The notes beneath the pieces are model-generated. The model did not search any database, was not told where the DNA came from, and saw only the letters and a list, made by a program, of their open reading frames with translations. Both the position numbers and the translations under genes were made by a program. Of a DNA stretch of 64,000 nucleotides, positions 19,173 through 28,326 are shown piece after piece. Source of the DNA: an uncultured delta proteobacterium (GTDB lineage Bacteria; Desulfobacterota; Desulfobacteria; Desulfobacterales; JAHEIW01); NCBI GenBank assembly GCA_963706575.1, contig CAVPNL010000001.1, positions 448,001-512,000 on the forward strand, read 5' to 3'. Numbering within the stretch: position 1 is the first letter of the stretch; every line of letters begins with the position of its first letter.

Positions 19173-20996
19173 GTGAGCAAGAGAAGATTATTACTGGGAA
19201 ATGAAGCCATCGCGCGCGGGTTGATCGAAAGCGGATGTACCATTGCAACATCTTATCCGGGGACGCCGGCATCCGAGATTCTTGCCGCCGTGGCCTATTT
19301 TCAAAACGAAGAATCGCTTTCCATGCATACCCAATGGGCGGTTAACGAAAAAGTCGCCTTCGAGATTGCCTATGCCGGGTGCCAGACCGGGCTGCGTGCC
19401 GCGGTCAGCATGAAGCAAGTCGGTTTGAATGTGGCTTCCGATCCGCTCATGAGTGCCGCTTATATGGGGATCAATGGCGGGTTTGTTTTGATCAGCGCCG
19501 ATGATCCCGGACCCCACTCTTCACAAACTGAGCAGGACAGCCGGCTGATGGCCATGTTTGCCAAGATACCGGTGCTGGATCCGGATTCACCCCGTCAGGC
19601 CAAAGAACTGATGGGGGTTGCGTATGAAATATCTGAATCCTTTAAAACCCCCGTGATGGTGCGGCCCACCACCCGGGTGTGCCATTCCAGGCAGGATATT
19701 TCGCTGGGCTCCATTCCGAAAAACAAACGCCGGGCGCATTTCGAAAAAAATCCGGCCCGCTGGGCTGCGACCCCTAAATTCCGACTGCAACTTCACAGGG
19801 AGTTGGAAGAAAAGCTGGCCGCCATTGCAAAGTATCGGCCGACAGCCCCCAAAAAGCTGAATCGCAAAGCCAAATCCGGCAAAGCAATTATTGCTTCGGG
19901 TGTGGCGGCCGCTCATACCAAAGACATTTTAAGAGAATTGAAAATCTGGTCAAAAATTCCTTTTTATCAGGTCATTCAACCGTTTCCGCTGCACAGCAAA
20001 TTTATTGAGCATATTATCGCCAGCTATGAAGAGGCTCTGGTTATTGAAGAAACCATGGGCGTGATTGAGATGCAACTGGCCGACCGTTATCGCATCAAAG
20101 GCAAATTATCGAATACGGTGCCAAGGGTTGGCGAACTTAGCCCTGAAAAGATAGAGGAAATTGTCAGTAAATTTGTCGGACTAAAATCCGAAGCGGTTAC
20201 CATAAAATCTATCCCTGGCAGACGCCCGACCCTGTGCCCCGGATGCCCGCATCGCGCCAGTTTTTTTGCCATAAAAAAAGCCGCTCCCAGAGGGATTTAC
20301 ACCAGCGATATCGGCTGCTATACGCTGGGCCTCAATCTCGGAGCCGTCGATACGGTGCTCTGTATGGGCGCTGCCATCAGTCAGGCCGCCGGATTTTATC
20401 ACGCCTATAAAAATGAAGAAAAACGGCCGGACATTGTGGCCACCATCGGTGATTCAACTTTTTTCCATGCCGGCGTACCGGCTCTTATCGATGCGGTCGT
20501 CCAGAATGTCGGCTTTGTGCTGGTGATCCTTGATAACCGCACCACTGCCATGACCGGCAATCAACCCACGCCGGCCACCGGCCATGGGGCCTGCGGCGAG
20601 TCCACTGAGACCGTTGATATCGAATCACTGGTTCGCGGATGCGGTGTTAAATTTATCCGGGAAAGCAATCCTTACGAACTCAAGGAGTTTACGGCTCTTC
20701 TTAAAAAGGCCGTTAAATACAGCCGCAAAAACGGACCCGCCGTGGTTATTTCAAGATATCCGTGCGTGCTGCACCGGGCCAGGCAGGGCGATACCGGGGA
20801 ATATATACCGGTCGAAGTGAGTGAAAAGTGCGACGGTTGCGGTTATTGCATCAAGCATTTTGAATGTCCGGCCCTGATCTATCATGATGACAAAGAAGAA
20901 AAACACGTCAGCATCGATCCGATTCTGTGCACTTCATGCGGCGTGTGTTTGAATGTCTGTCCCAAAGGGGCATTCGTTGAAAAAACTAGGGAGTAA
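19173..20996 (+). CDS. iorA: Indolepyruvate:ferredoxin oxidoreductase alpha subunit
   Basis: LLGNEAIARG, YPGTPASE, MKQVGLNVA, LCPGCPHR, DIGCY and GDSTF; C-terminal 2x[4Fe-4S] motifs. Confidence 0.92.
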   Translation: MSKRRLLLGNEAIARGLIESGCTIATSYPGTPASEILAAVAYFQNEESLSMHTQWAVNEKVAFEIAYAGCQTGLRAAVSMKQVGLNVASDPLMSAAYMGINGGFVLISADDPGPHSSQTEQDSRLMAMFAKIPVLDPDSPRQAKELMGVAYEISESFKTPVMVRPTTRVCHSRQDISLGSIPKNKRRAHFEKNPARWAATPKFRLQLHRELEEKLAAIAKYRPTAPKKLNRKAKSGKAIIASGVAAAHTKDILRELKIWSKIPFYQVIQPFPLHSKFIEHIIASYEEALVIEETMGVIEMQLADRYRIKGKLSNTVPRVGELSPEKIEEIVSKFVGLKSEAVTIKSIPGRRPTLCPGCPHRASFFAIKKAAPRGIYTSDIGCYTLGLNLGAVDTVLCMGAAISQAAGFYHAYKNEEKRPDIVATIGDSTFFHAGVPALIDAVVQNVGFVLVILDNRTTAMTGNQPTPATGHGACGESTETVDIESLVRGCGVKFIRESNPYELKEFTALLKKAVKYSRKNGPAVVISRYPCVLHRARQGDTGEYIPVEVSEKCDGCGYCIKHFECPALIYHDDKEEKHVSIDPILCTSCGVCLNVCPKGAFVEKTRE

Positions 20997-21080
20997 GCAT
21001 TAAATAGTAAGCAGTAAGCACCATAGAGTAGGCAGCCGTAAATGCAAACCGGCAAACTGCTTACTGCCTATTGCTTACTA
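20992..21080. repeat. 7-mer-period inverted-repeat element
   Basis: agtaagc/agtaggc units followed by gcttact/gcctatt units. The left arm overlaps the iorA stop codon. Confidence 0.7.
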
Positions 21081-21095
21081 TTATACGGGGGATAT

Positions 21096-21656
21096 ATGAG
21101 CAAGACAGTTAAACAGCAAATTCTGATCAGCGGAGTAGGCGGGCAGGGGGTTCTGTTTGTTACGGGCCTTCTGGCAGAAGCGGCCATCAGTAAAGGATTG
21201 GCGGTATTTACCTCGGAAACTCACGGTATGGCTCAACGCGGAGGAACGGTTGTGTCCCATTTTAAGGTCGGCGATTTCTCGAGCCCTTTGATCCGGCCAT
21301 TTAAGGCAGACGGGTTGCTGGTATTAAAGGACGAAAATATCGCCCAGCACGGGTCATTTCTAAGAAAGGGCGGCTGGGCGGTGGTTAATAGCGGTAATGA
21401 TTTGAAAATTGACAAAACATTAACGGCCAGCGGCATCGATGCGGACAAACTGGCCCAGGAAATCGCGAACCCGAAATCCGTTAATCTGATTATGCTGGGC
21501 TTTGCACTGGCAAAGGCCGGCAAAAAAGGCGGGGGTCCAATCAATCTGTTCTGCACATTGACCGATATTAAGAAAGTTCTGCGCAAAAAATTCAGCAGCC
21601 GCAAGAAGCTGATAGATGCCTCCATTAAGGCCTTAGATACAGGCTATTATTTCTGA
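21096..21656 (+). CDS. iorB: Indolepyruvate:ferredoxin oxidoreductase beta subunit
   Basis: GVGGQG and SETHGMAQRGGTV; start after a GGGGG RBS. Confidence 0.9.
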   Translation: MSKTVKQQILISGVGGQGVLFVTGLLAEAAISKGLAVFTSETHGMAQRGGTVVSHFKVGDFSSPLIRPFKADGLLVLKDENIAQHGSFLRKGGWAVVNSGNDLKIDKTLTASGIDADKLAQEIANPKSVNLIMLGFALAKAGKKGGGPINLFCTLTDIKKVLRKKFSSRKKLIDASIKALDTGYYF

Positions 21657-22909
21657 TTTTGATACTTCTTCTTGACAAATTCTAGTGATTCATCAATAGC
21701 GGTTAATGTTAGATTCAAGTCTTCTTGTGTATGCCGATAACAGATATATGCGTGATGATAAGGCGTGAAGAAAAATCCCTTTCGAATCATCTGTGTATAA
21801 AAATCTTTTCGTTTACCTTTATATGATCCTGATTCATCTTTTTTAAAAGTAATATAAAACATGGGTGCAATACCAGTGAGTTCGGCGCCCACGTCATGAT
21901 TTTCTATGATCTCCTGAATTTTTTCCATGAACCACTCACCTTTTTTCCATATCTCCGCCAAGACATTATCTCGTTCTAAAATTTCAATGGTCTTAAGCGC
22001 TGCAATAAAGGCTTCGCTGTTGGGGAAAAAAGTTGAAGAAATGAAGAGCTTTTCTGCAGCCGCCATCATAATATCCTTTTTACCGGTGACAACCGAAATC
22101 GGATACCCGTTGGCAATAGCTTTCCCTAAAACCGAGATATCCGGATATACACCGTAAAGGGCTTGGGCGCCGCCGAGAGACAGTCTGAAACCCGTTCGGA
22201 TTTCATCATAGATCAGAACAGCTCCGTATCTGTCACTCAGGTTCCTAACCCCTTCAAGGAATCCAGATTTGGGTATTTGCATTTTTTGATGGTTGGGGTG
22301 GCCGAATGGTGTCATTATGATAGCTGCAGTTTCGTCACCATGAGTAGCCAGAAGGTCTTCAAGTTGCTTAAGGTTATTGTACTCGAATTCAAACACGTCT
22401 TCATAGAATTTTGATGGAATCCCACCTTTCATCTCGACACACCAGTCATGCCAGCCATGATAACCACATCGCATGACTTTAATCCGGTTCGTGTAGGCTC
22501 TTGCAATTCGAATACTTGCCGTTGTTGCATCGGATCCGGTTTTTAAAAAAATACTCATTTCAGCGCAAGGGACAAGCTCAGCGATTTTTTTCGCCAAAAC
22601 ATTTTGATATTTTTGCGTAAGCGAGAAGCAAAAACCCTTTTCTTTAATCTGTTTATAAACTGCCTCATCTACCTCTTTTTCACGGTAACCGAGGATAATG
22701 GGGCCGTAACCACACAGAAAATCAATAAATTCATTGCCGTCCACATCATAAAGCCGGCATCCTTTACCACTTTCAAGAAAAATGGGATATTCGCCAGCAA
22801 TGAAATCGGTGGGTTTTCTAGCCCCCAGAACCCCACCAGCTATAAGCGCACATGCCTCTTCAAAAAGCTTTAGGCTATTTGATATATTGAGCTTGTCTGT
22901 CTCTTTCAT
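21647..22909 (-). CDS. Class III PLP aminotransferase (GSA-aminomutase-like)
   Basis: DVDGNEFID, GYHGWHDW, DEIRTGFR, GKAIANG. Confidence 0.88.
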   Translation of the reverse strand: MKETDKLNISNSLKLFEEACALIAGGVLGARKPTDFIAGEYPIFLESGKGCRLYDVDGNEFIDFLCGYGPIILGYREKEVDEAVYKQIKEKGFCFSLTQKYQNVLAKKIAELVPCAEMSIFLKTGSDATTASIRIARAYTNRIKVMRCGYHGWHDWCVEMKGGIPSKFYEDVFEFEYNNLKQLEDLLATHGDETAAIIMTPFGHPNHQKMQIPKSGFLEGVRNLSDRYGAVLIYDEIRTGFRLSLGGAQALYGVYPDISVLGKAIANGYPISVVTGKKDIMMAAAEKLFISSTFFPNSEAFIAALKTIEILERDNVLAEIWKKGEWFMEKIQEIIENHDVGAELTGIAPMFYITFKKDESGSYKGKRKDFYTQMIRKGFFFTPYHHAYICYRHTQEDLNLTLTAIDESLEFVKKKYQNQK

Positions 22910-22925
22910 GAAAGGCCTCCTCGAT

Positions 22926-24074
22926 TTATTTATCTGTTTTAAACATGGAAGCTATTTTTTCAGTCTGGTGGATCCTTGCCCCTCTCTTGATAAATGCACT
23001 TAGAAATTTGTCTGGGTCAATACAGCCCTCGGGAGCAACAACACCGGTTTCAGTCACATCACCTGCGTCCATCATTAAAGATGCTATTGATGCAGGAAGA
23101 CCGGTTCCAGGAGCCATTCTTCCGACCATGTCAGCCGTATATGTGACTCTATTTCCATTTTTTTTACCATTGACGATTACCTTTAGACCTGAAGACTGCG
23201 GACCGTTGTCTCTGCCTTCGGGAATCGTTTCCCAGAGCTTAAGTGCAAGATCATAAGGTGTCACCTGAACACCCTTTATATCAATAGGCTCTGTTCCCAA
23301 AAAACCGGTATCTTTCTGTTCTTTAATCAACTCATCGACCCATAGTGGGATAAGGGCGCCTTTAATGATGACGTTTTTAACCCCTTTGATGTACTTCGGT
23401 AGGGTCAAAGGTTGGGGATGTCCCACATAACGGACATGACAGGTACCAAGGGGTTCAAGGAATTGTGCGGCCACAACCTCGGTGCCACCTTCCACATAAA
23501 CCAGTTCCCCATTAATATATTGCGGGATTTTACCAAGGGTCATATGAAGACTATGATCCCAGGCAGCGCCTGCAAGTTCGGCAATACTGACCACCCAGTA
23601 AAGATAAATGTCGTCAACCTCATCAAGACGGTCTGCATACCATTTTACCAATACATTATTGGTACCAGGATCTGACCCCATGCCGGTGAGGACAGTGATC
23701 CCAGCATCCCTAGCCAAGTTATCTATTTCGGAGTTAAAAAGGATTTCAGTGCCCTCGTAATCATCACAAATATCGATATAATTCACCTTGGCCTCCACAG
23801 CAGCTTTTGCCACTGGTACCGCTGTTTTATAAAAAGGGCCTGCTGTGTTAATAACAACATTGACTTCCTTGAATGCATTAACCATAGATTCATGGTCATT
23901 GACATCCATCTTGACTAGTTCGGTCTTTTCATTTTCACGCAATTTTGTTGAGAGTCTTTGAGGATCAGGGAAAAGGTCTGCTAAGATGACAGATGTAACT
24001 TTTTCCTGTTTGATTAAATCTCTAGCGACACCCTGGCCCATACCACCAACTCCACCAATGATTAATACACGCAT
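22926..24074 (-). CDS. Saccharopine dehydrogenase-like NAD(P)-dependent oxidoreductase
   Basis: IGGVGGMG, NTAGPF, YIDICDD, GMGSDPG, GVVAPE. Confidence 0.85.
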   Translation of the reverse strand: MRVLIIGGVGGMGQGVARDLIKQEKVTSVILADLFPDPQRLSTKLRENEKTELVKMDVNDHESMVNAFKEVNVVINTAGPFYKTAVPVAKAAVEAKVNYIDICDDYEGTEILFNSEIDNLARDAGITVLTGMGSDPGTNNVLVKWYADRLDEVDDIYLYWVVSIAELAGAAWDHSLHMTLGKIPQYINGELVYVEGGTEVVAAQFLEPLGTCHVRYVGHPQPLTLPKYIKGVKNVIIKGALIPLWVDELIKEQKDTGFLGTEPIDIKGVQVTPYDLALKLWETIPEGRDNGPQSSGLKVIVNGKKNGNRVTYTADMVGRMAPGTGLPASIASLMMDAGDVTETGVVAPEGCIDPDKFLSAFIKRGARIHQTEKIASMFKTDK

Positions 24075-24140
24075 CTATTTTCCTCCTTAACATGATTTTT
24101 ATGAATAATAGAGCAGGAATCTTTTTATGGAAGCCTCATT

Positions 24141-26939
24141 CTACTCTTTTCGTTCTTTATTCTTAATCGCTTCAAGGATCTTATCCGGAGTAATGGGGTA
24201 ATCGTCAAAATAGACGCCCACGGCATTGGATACGGCGGCACTGTAAGCCTGAGCTGCCGACATTGCAATGGACATGGCCGCCTCTTTGGCGCCATATGGT
24301 CCTTTGGGATCATTGGATTCCACAATAATGGAATTGATTTTGGGCATGTCCACAGCAAGCGGAACCTTGTACTCCAGCATAGTGGGGTTCATCACCCGCC
24401 CCTTGTCATCCCAGAAATGATATTCGGTCAGCATGCCTCCCTGGCCGCCCATGGCGACCGATCCCTGGAACTGGCCTTCCAAGACCATGGGATTTAAGGC
24501 GAATCCCACATCCTGGGCTGCAGTAACTTCCAAAACATTCACCTGACCGGTTTCAGGATCAACTTCGACCTCGACGATGGTGGTCCCATAGGAAAAGGCT
24601 TCGCAAAGCTGCCCAAAGGGATTTTTAACCCACTCACGCTTCAAATCCGGTTTCGGCCAATACCCGCCTTCGCCAACAACTCCTCTGCCTTGGATCAAGC
24701 CCATACGAATGACTTTTTTCAGGGGGATGCTTTTGTCCTGGGTTCCCTTAACATAAATCATCCGGTCCCTGGCCACCAGATCATCCTTGTTGGCCTCAAG
24801 GGCATCGGCGGCGATGTCAAACAGTTTATCCCGAGCGTTTTGAGCGGCAATCTGTACCGCATGACCGCCCACGAAGGTCGAAACCTGGGAATAGGCACCC
24901 GGGTCCGATGGGGTCAATTCGGTATCGGCGGTGACCAGCTGGATGTCTTCGGGCCTCATCCCCAGCTCTTCTGCCGCTATTTGGACCAGCATATTGTCAT
25001 TGCCCTGCCCATTATCCACAACACCGGAAATCACCGTTGCCGCGCCGTCTTCGTTGAGCTTGATAATTGCCTGAGATCCCCCTCGTATCCCCATGGGGAA
25101 ACCCGTCTGCACGGAATTACAGCCAATACCGATCCCGTGATACGGCGGCAGCTTGCTGTATTTTTTGTCCCAGCCGGCTTTATCCGCTGCCTTTGCAATG
25201 GTTTCCTTCATGGCGCAGCTGCCGACATACGAACCGGTGCATGTGGTATCACCGACTTCCCGGGCGTTGCGCATCCGCATGGTCACCGGATCGATGTTCA
25301 AATGTTCGGCAATCATATCCAATTGGGTGTCTACACCGCAGGCAAATGACCGGCCGTGGACACGGATCATGCCGCGGATGGGCTTGTTGGTGTATATGCG
25401 GTAACCGTTGTAGCGGACATTCTCCATCCGATAGGCCTGTTCCATAGACAAAAAGGGCACACTGGTGGCAATGGGGCCGGTGCTGCTGTAAGCTCCCCCG
25501 TCCATGTAACAGGTGATGTCCCGGGCCAAAACCCGGCCTTCTTTATCCACACCGGTTTTGATCGTGGTGATCATGGCGTGGCCCTGACGGGTGGAAACCG
25601 TGTTTTCTTCACGAGTGTAAACAATCTTAACCGGCCGTTTGGTCTTTTGAGCCAGAAGCGCACAGATATAGTCGACGGGAGATATTTCCGATCGGCCGCC
25701 GAAGGCACCGCCGATGGCTATTTTGCGGACCCTGACCTTGTGCAGTGGGATTCCCAGAGCATTGGACAGGGGCTTTGACTTCATGTGCGGTCCGGCATTG
25801 GGGCACCAGATGTCCAGGTTGCCGTCGGCGTCGAATTTGGCCACAACCGCATGGGGCTCAGCCTGAAAATAGGATTCCTCGGCGGCCACAAAGGTATCTT
25901 CCCTAACGTAAAAAGACTCGGAAAAGCCTTTGTCGACATCCCCCACATCAATTGGTACGTGAATGTTGATGTTTTGGGGAAAATCTTCATGAATTAACGG
26001 CGCATCCGGGGCGATGGCGGACATAGGATCGAAAACCGCCGGCAGTTCCTCGTAGGTCACCCGGATCAGGTCGATGGCTTCAAGGGCTGTATTCTCGTCA
26101 ACGGCTGCCACGGCAGCGACTTCTTCACCGAAATAGCGCACCTTTTCAATAGGCAAAAACTGCTGATCCAGCGTGTAGCGGAACACGCCCCATTTGCTGC
26201 CACTGGTGTCTTTGCCCGTTACTACCGCTTTGACACCAGGCAGTTTTTCCGCAGCCGAAGTATCGATATCAACTATGCGTGCATGGGCATGGGGGCTTCG
26301 AAGTATTTTCCCCACCAGCATTCGGGGGAAGGCCAAATCCGCCGTGAATTTAGCTTCACCAGTCACTTTGGCCCGCGTATCGACTCTTGGCATGCTCTTT
26401 CCGACGATATCGTATTGGCTGGCAGTTCCGGTTTTGTGAAGCGCTGAAACCGGAGGTGTTGGCTCAGAAGGTTCTTCTCCTGTGGCCGCCTCTTTCACAG
26501 CTTCAACGATCTTCTGATACCCTGTACAGCGGCAGATATTGCCGCTGAGTGCTTTGCGGATACTGTCTTCATCAGGGATGCTATCAGCAAGGGCAAACCC
26601 TTTTGCAGCCATGACCATACCTGAGGCGCAGAATCCGCACTGAATCGCTCCATGTCGGATAAATGCCTCCTGGACCGGATCCAGGCTTTCTCCCTTGGCC
26701 AAACCCTCCACTGTGAGGATGCGCTTTCTCGAAGCTTCAAGAGCTAAGGTTAGACAGGCACGGACAGGCACATCATCCATAAGCACCGTGCACGACCCGC
26801 AGACACCCTCTCCGCAGCCTTCTTTGGCCCCTGTCAGGTCCAATTGCTCCCGGAGGACCTCCAGCAATGTCCAGTGAGGCTCAACATCCAGTTCGTGGAT
26901 TTCATCATTTACATTCAGGGTCAGGGGAACGCTCTTCAT
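24141..26939 (-). CDS. Xanthine-dehydrogenase-family molybdoprotein with fused 2x[2Fe-2S] domain (HcrC+HcrA-like)
   Basis: GCGEGVCGSC, QCGFC and CRCTGY, then a Mo domain (IGGAFGGR, GQG, GPYGAKE). Confidence 0.88.
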   Translation of the reverse strand: MKSVPLTLNVNDEIHELDVEPHWTLLEVLREQLDLTGAKEGCGEGVCGSCTVLMDDVPVRACLTLALEASRKRILTVEGLAKGESLDPVQEAFIRHGAIQCGFCASGMVMAAKGFALADSIPDEDSIRKALSGNICRCTGYQKIVEAVKEAATGEEPSEPTPPVSALHKTGTASQYDIVGKSMPRVDTRAKVTGEAKFTADLAFPRMLVGKILRSPHAHARIVDIDTSAAEKLPGVKAVVTGKDTSGSKWGVFRYTLDQQFLPIEKVRYFGEEVAAVAAVDENTALEAIDLIRVTYEELPAVFDPMSAIAPDAPLIHEDFPQNINIHVPIDVGDVDKGFSESFYVREDTFVAAEESYFQAEPHAVVAKFDADGNLDIWCPNAGPHMKSKPLSNALGIPLHKVRVRKIAIGGAFGGRSEISPVDYICALLAQKTKRPVKIVYTREENTVSTRQGHAMITTIKTGVDKEGRVLARDITCYMDGGAYSSTGPIATSVPFLSMEQAYRMENVRYNGYRIYTNKPIRGMIRVHGRSFACGVDTQLDMIAEHLNIDPVTMRMRNAREVGDTTCTGSYVGSCAMKETIAKAADKAGWDKKYSKLPPYHGIGIGCNSVQTGFPMGIRGGSQAIIKLNEDGAATVISGVVDNGQGNDNMLVQIAAEELGMRPEDIQLVTADTELTPSDPGAYSQVSTFVGGHAVQIAAQNARDKLFDIAADALEANKDDLVARDRMIYVKGTQDKSIPLKKVIRMGLIQGRGVVGEGGYWPKPDLKREWVKNPFGQLCEAFSYGTTIVEVEVDPETGQVNVLEVTAAQDVGFALNPMVLEGQFQGSVAMGGQGGMLTEYHFWDDKGRVMNPTMLEYKVPLAVDMPKINSIIVESNDPKGPYGAKEAAMSIAMSAAQAYSAAVSNAVGVYFDDYPITPDKILEAIKNKERKE

Positions 26940-26964
26940 TGGAAATCCTTCCATATTTCTTTTC

Positions 26965-27258
26965 TAGAAGTGGTTTCAAAACCTCAGATCAGGTTCAAGG
27001 GCTAACAGTGCCTAAAGTGAGCTAAAATGAGCTAAAGTGACTAAAGTTTTGGTGTCGCTTTGCTCCGTCGTTTATATAGATGATAGAATTCCTTAAACTT
27101 TAGTCACTTTAGTGCACTTCCAACTTTAGCTCACTTATTTATTGTGAGCATTTATCGGAGGACTGTGCTGCACCTTAATTTAAAAAATCAGATGCGAATC
27201 CCGCTTAGCGGGGCAACGCAGCCATTGGGTCTTAGATGGGGTTTTGAAAACACTTCTA
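26965..27258. mobile_element. MITE-like element copy 1, with a nested 10-mer inverted-repeat element (27007-27136)
   Basis: TIRs TAGAAGTGGTTTCAAAA ... TTTTGAAAACACTTCTA. The right 116 bp match 39285-39400 with 3 mismatches. No transposase. Confidence 0.8.
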
Positions 27259-28257
27259 TGCATCTATGTTTCTTAATGCTTCTTTAAGCGCCCGTCGAAC
27301 AAGGACCGATACCATTTGACTGCGGTAATCCACATTGGCGCCGACATTATCGACCGCAAAAGTCGAAGCTATGTCCATGCACTGACTGGCGACTTCGGCT
27401 ATGACTTCTGCATCCGTTATGCTGATTCCTTCAAGAAGTCGGGCGACCTGATTGAGCAATAAGGGGGCTCTGCTCATGGAGCCGACCGCAATTCTGGCTG
27501 TCTTGACAATTGCATCGTTTGTCTGGATAAAAACACCCACCGAAGCGATCGGGTAGTCAATGGCGGATCGATAGGCCAATCTTTTATAGGCGCTATAGGC
27601 ACCCGGGTCTGATAGCGGGACATGAATGTAAGTCAGAATTTCTCCGGGTTCCAGGGTAAGCGGGTGTTCTCCCACAGTCGAGTAGAGGTCCACAAGGGGA
27701 ATCCGTTTTTCACCCTGTACACCGGCAATGGTTATCTCTGCATCCAGTGCCAGCAGGGCCGTTGCGCCGTCCGATTGAAATGTGGCATGGCAGCGGTCTG
27801 AGTCCGCCCGGGCATAGCAGGTTTGCCCCCCGGCCTTGTGGCAGGGCGCTTTTCCTAAGCGCCATGCTGCAGACTGGTTGTAAAACAGGCATCTGGCGTC
27901 TTGGCAGAGGTTGCCGCCAATGGTCCCGCTGTGGTGCTGGATGGACGGGGCACCGATGGCTTCCATGGCCTGGGATAAAGCAGATAAATGTTTTTTAACG
28001 TCACTTGATGCCGCCACGGCGGCAAGAGATGTCCGTGCACCGATGGTAAGCTCGCCATTTTGCCGGGTGATGCCGTCCAACTCATCCAAGCTCTTGAGAC
28101 TCAAAAGATAGGCCGGCTGGCAGAGCCGCTTTTTCATCCGTACCAGCAGATCGGTGCCGCCGCCGAGGATGTGGCACGCCTCGCCGTGGGTGTTTAAAAG
28201 ATCCAGTGCTTTCTCAAGCGTTTCCGGTTCCAGGTACTTAAAACGGGGTAAACGCAA
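27256..28257 (-). CDS. FAD subunit of an XDH-family enzyme with Cys-rich [4Fe-4S] insertion (HcrB-like)
   Basis: MRLPRF, LGGGTDL, GTIGGNLCQDARC...PCHKAGGQTC...DRC, AIDYP. Confidence 0.85.
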   Translation of the reverse strand: MRLPRFKYLEPETLEKALDLLNTHGEACHILGGGTDLLVRMKKRLCQPAYLLSLKSLDELDGITRQNGELTIGARTSLAAVAASSDVKKHLSALSQAMEAIGAPSIQHHSGTIGGNLCQDARCLFYNQSAAWRLGKAPCHKAGGQTCYARADSDRCHATFQSDGATALLALDAEITIAGVQGEKRIPLVDLYSTVGEHPLTLEPGEILTYIHVPLSDPGAYSAYKRLAYRSAIDYPIASVGVFIQTNDAIVKTARIAVGSMSRAPLLLNQVARLLEGISITDAEVIAEVASQCMDIASTFAVDNVGANVDYRSQMVSVLVRRALKEALRNIDA

Positions 28258-28326
28258 TATGTCCTCCTGATATGATGATTATTATCTGTTTAGTCAGTTG
28301 ATTATTCGAATATTTTGGAATCAGCT

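Noticed and set aside
21042..21095. Longer iorB start (MQTGKLLTAYCLL)
   Set aside because: This is a translated repeat arm; a better RBS and ATG occur at 21096.
21647..22909. hemL (glutamate-1-semialdehyde aminomutase)
   Set aside because: The GYHGWHDW variant and the absence of tetrapyrrole genes support only a family-level call.
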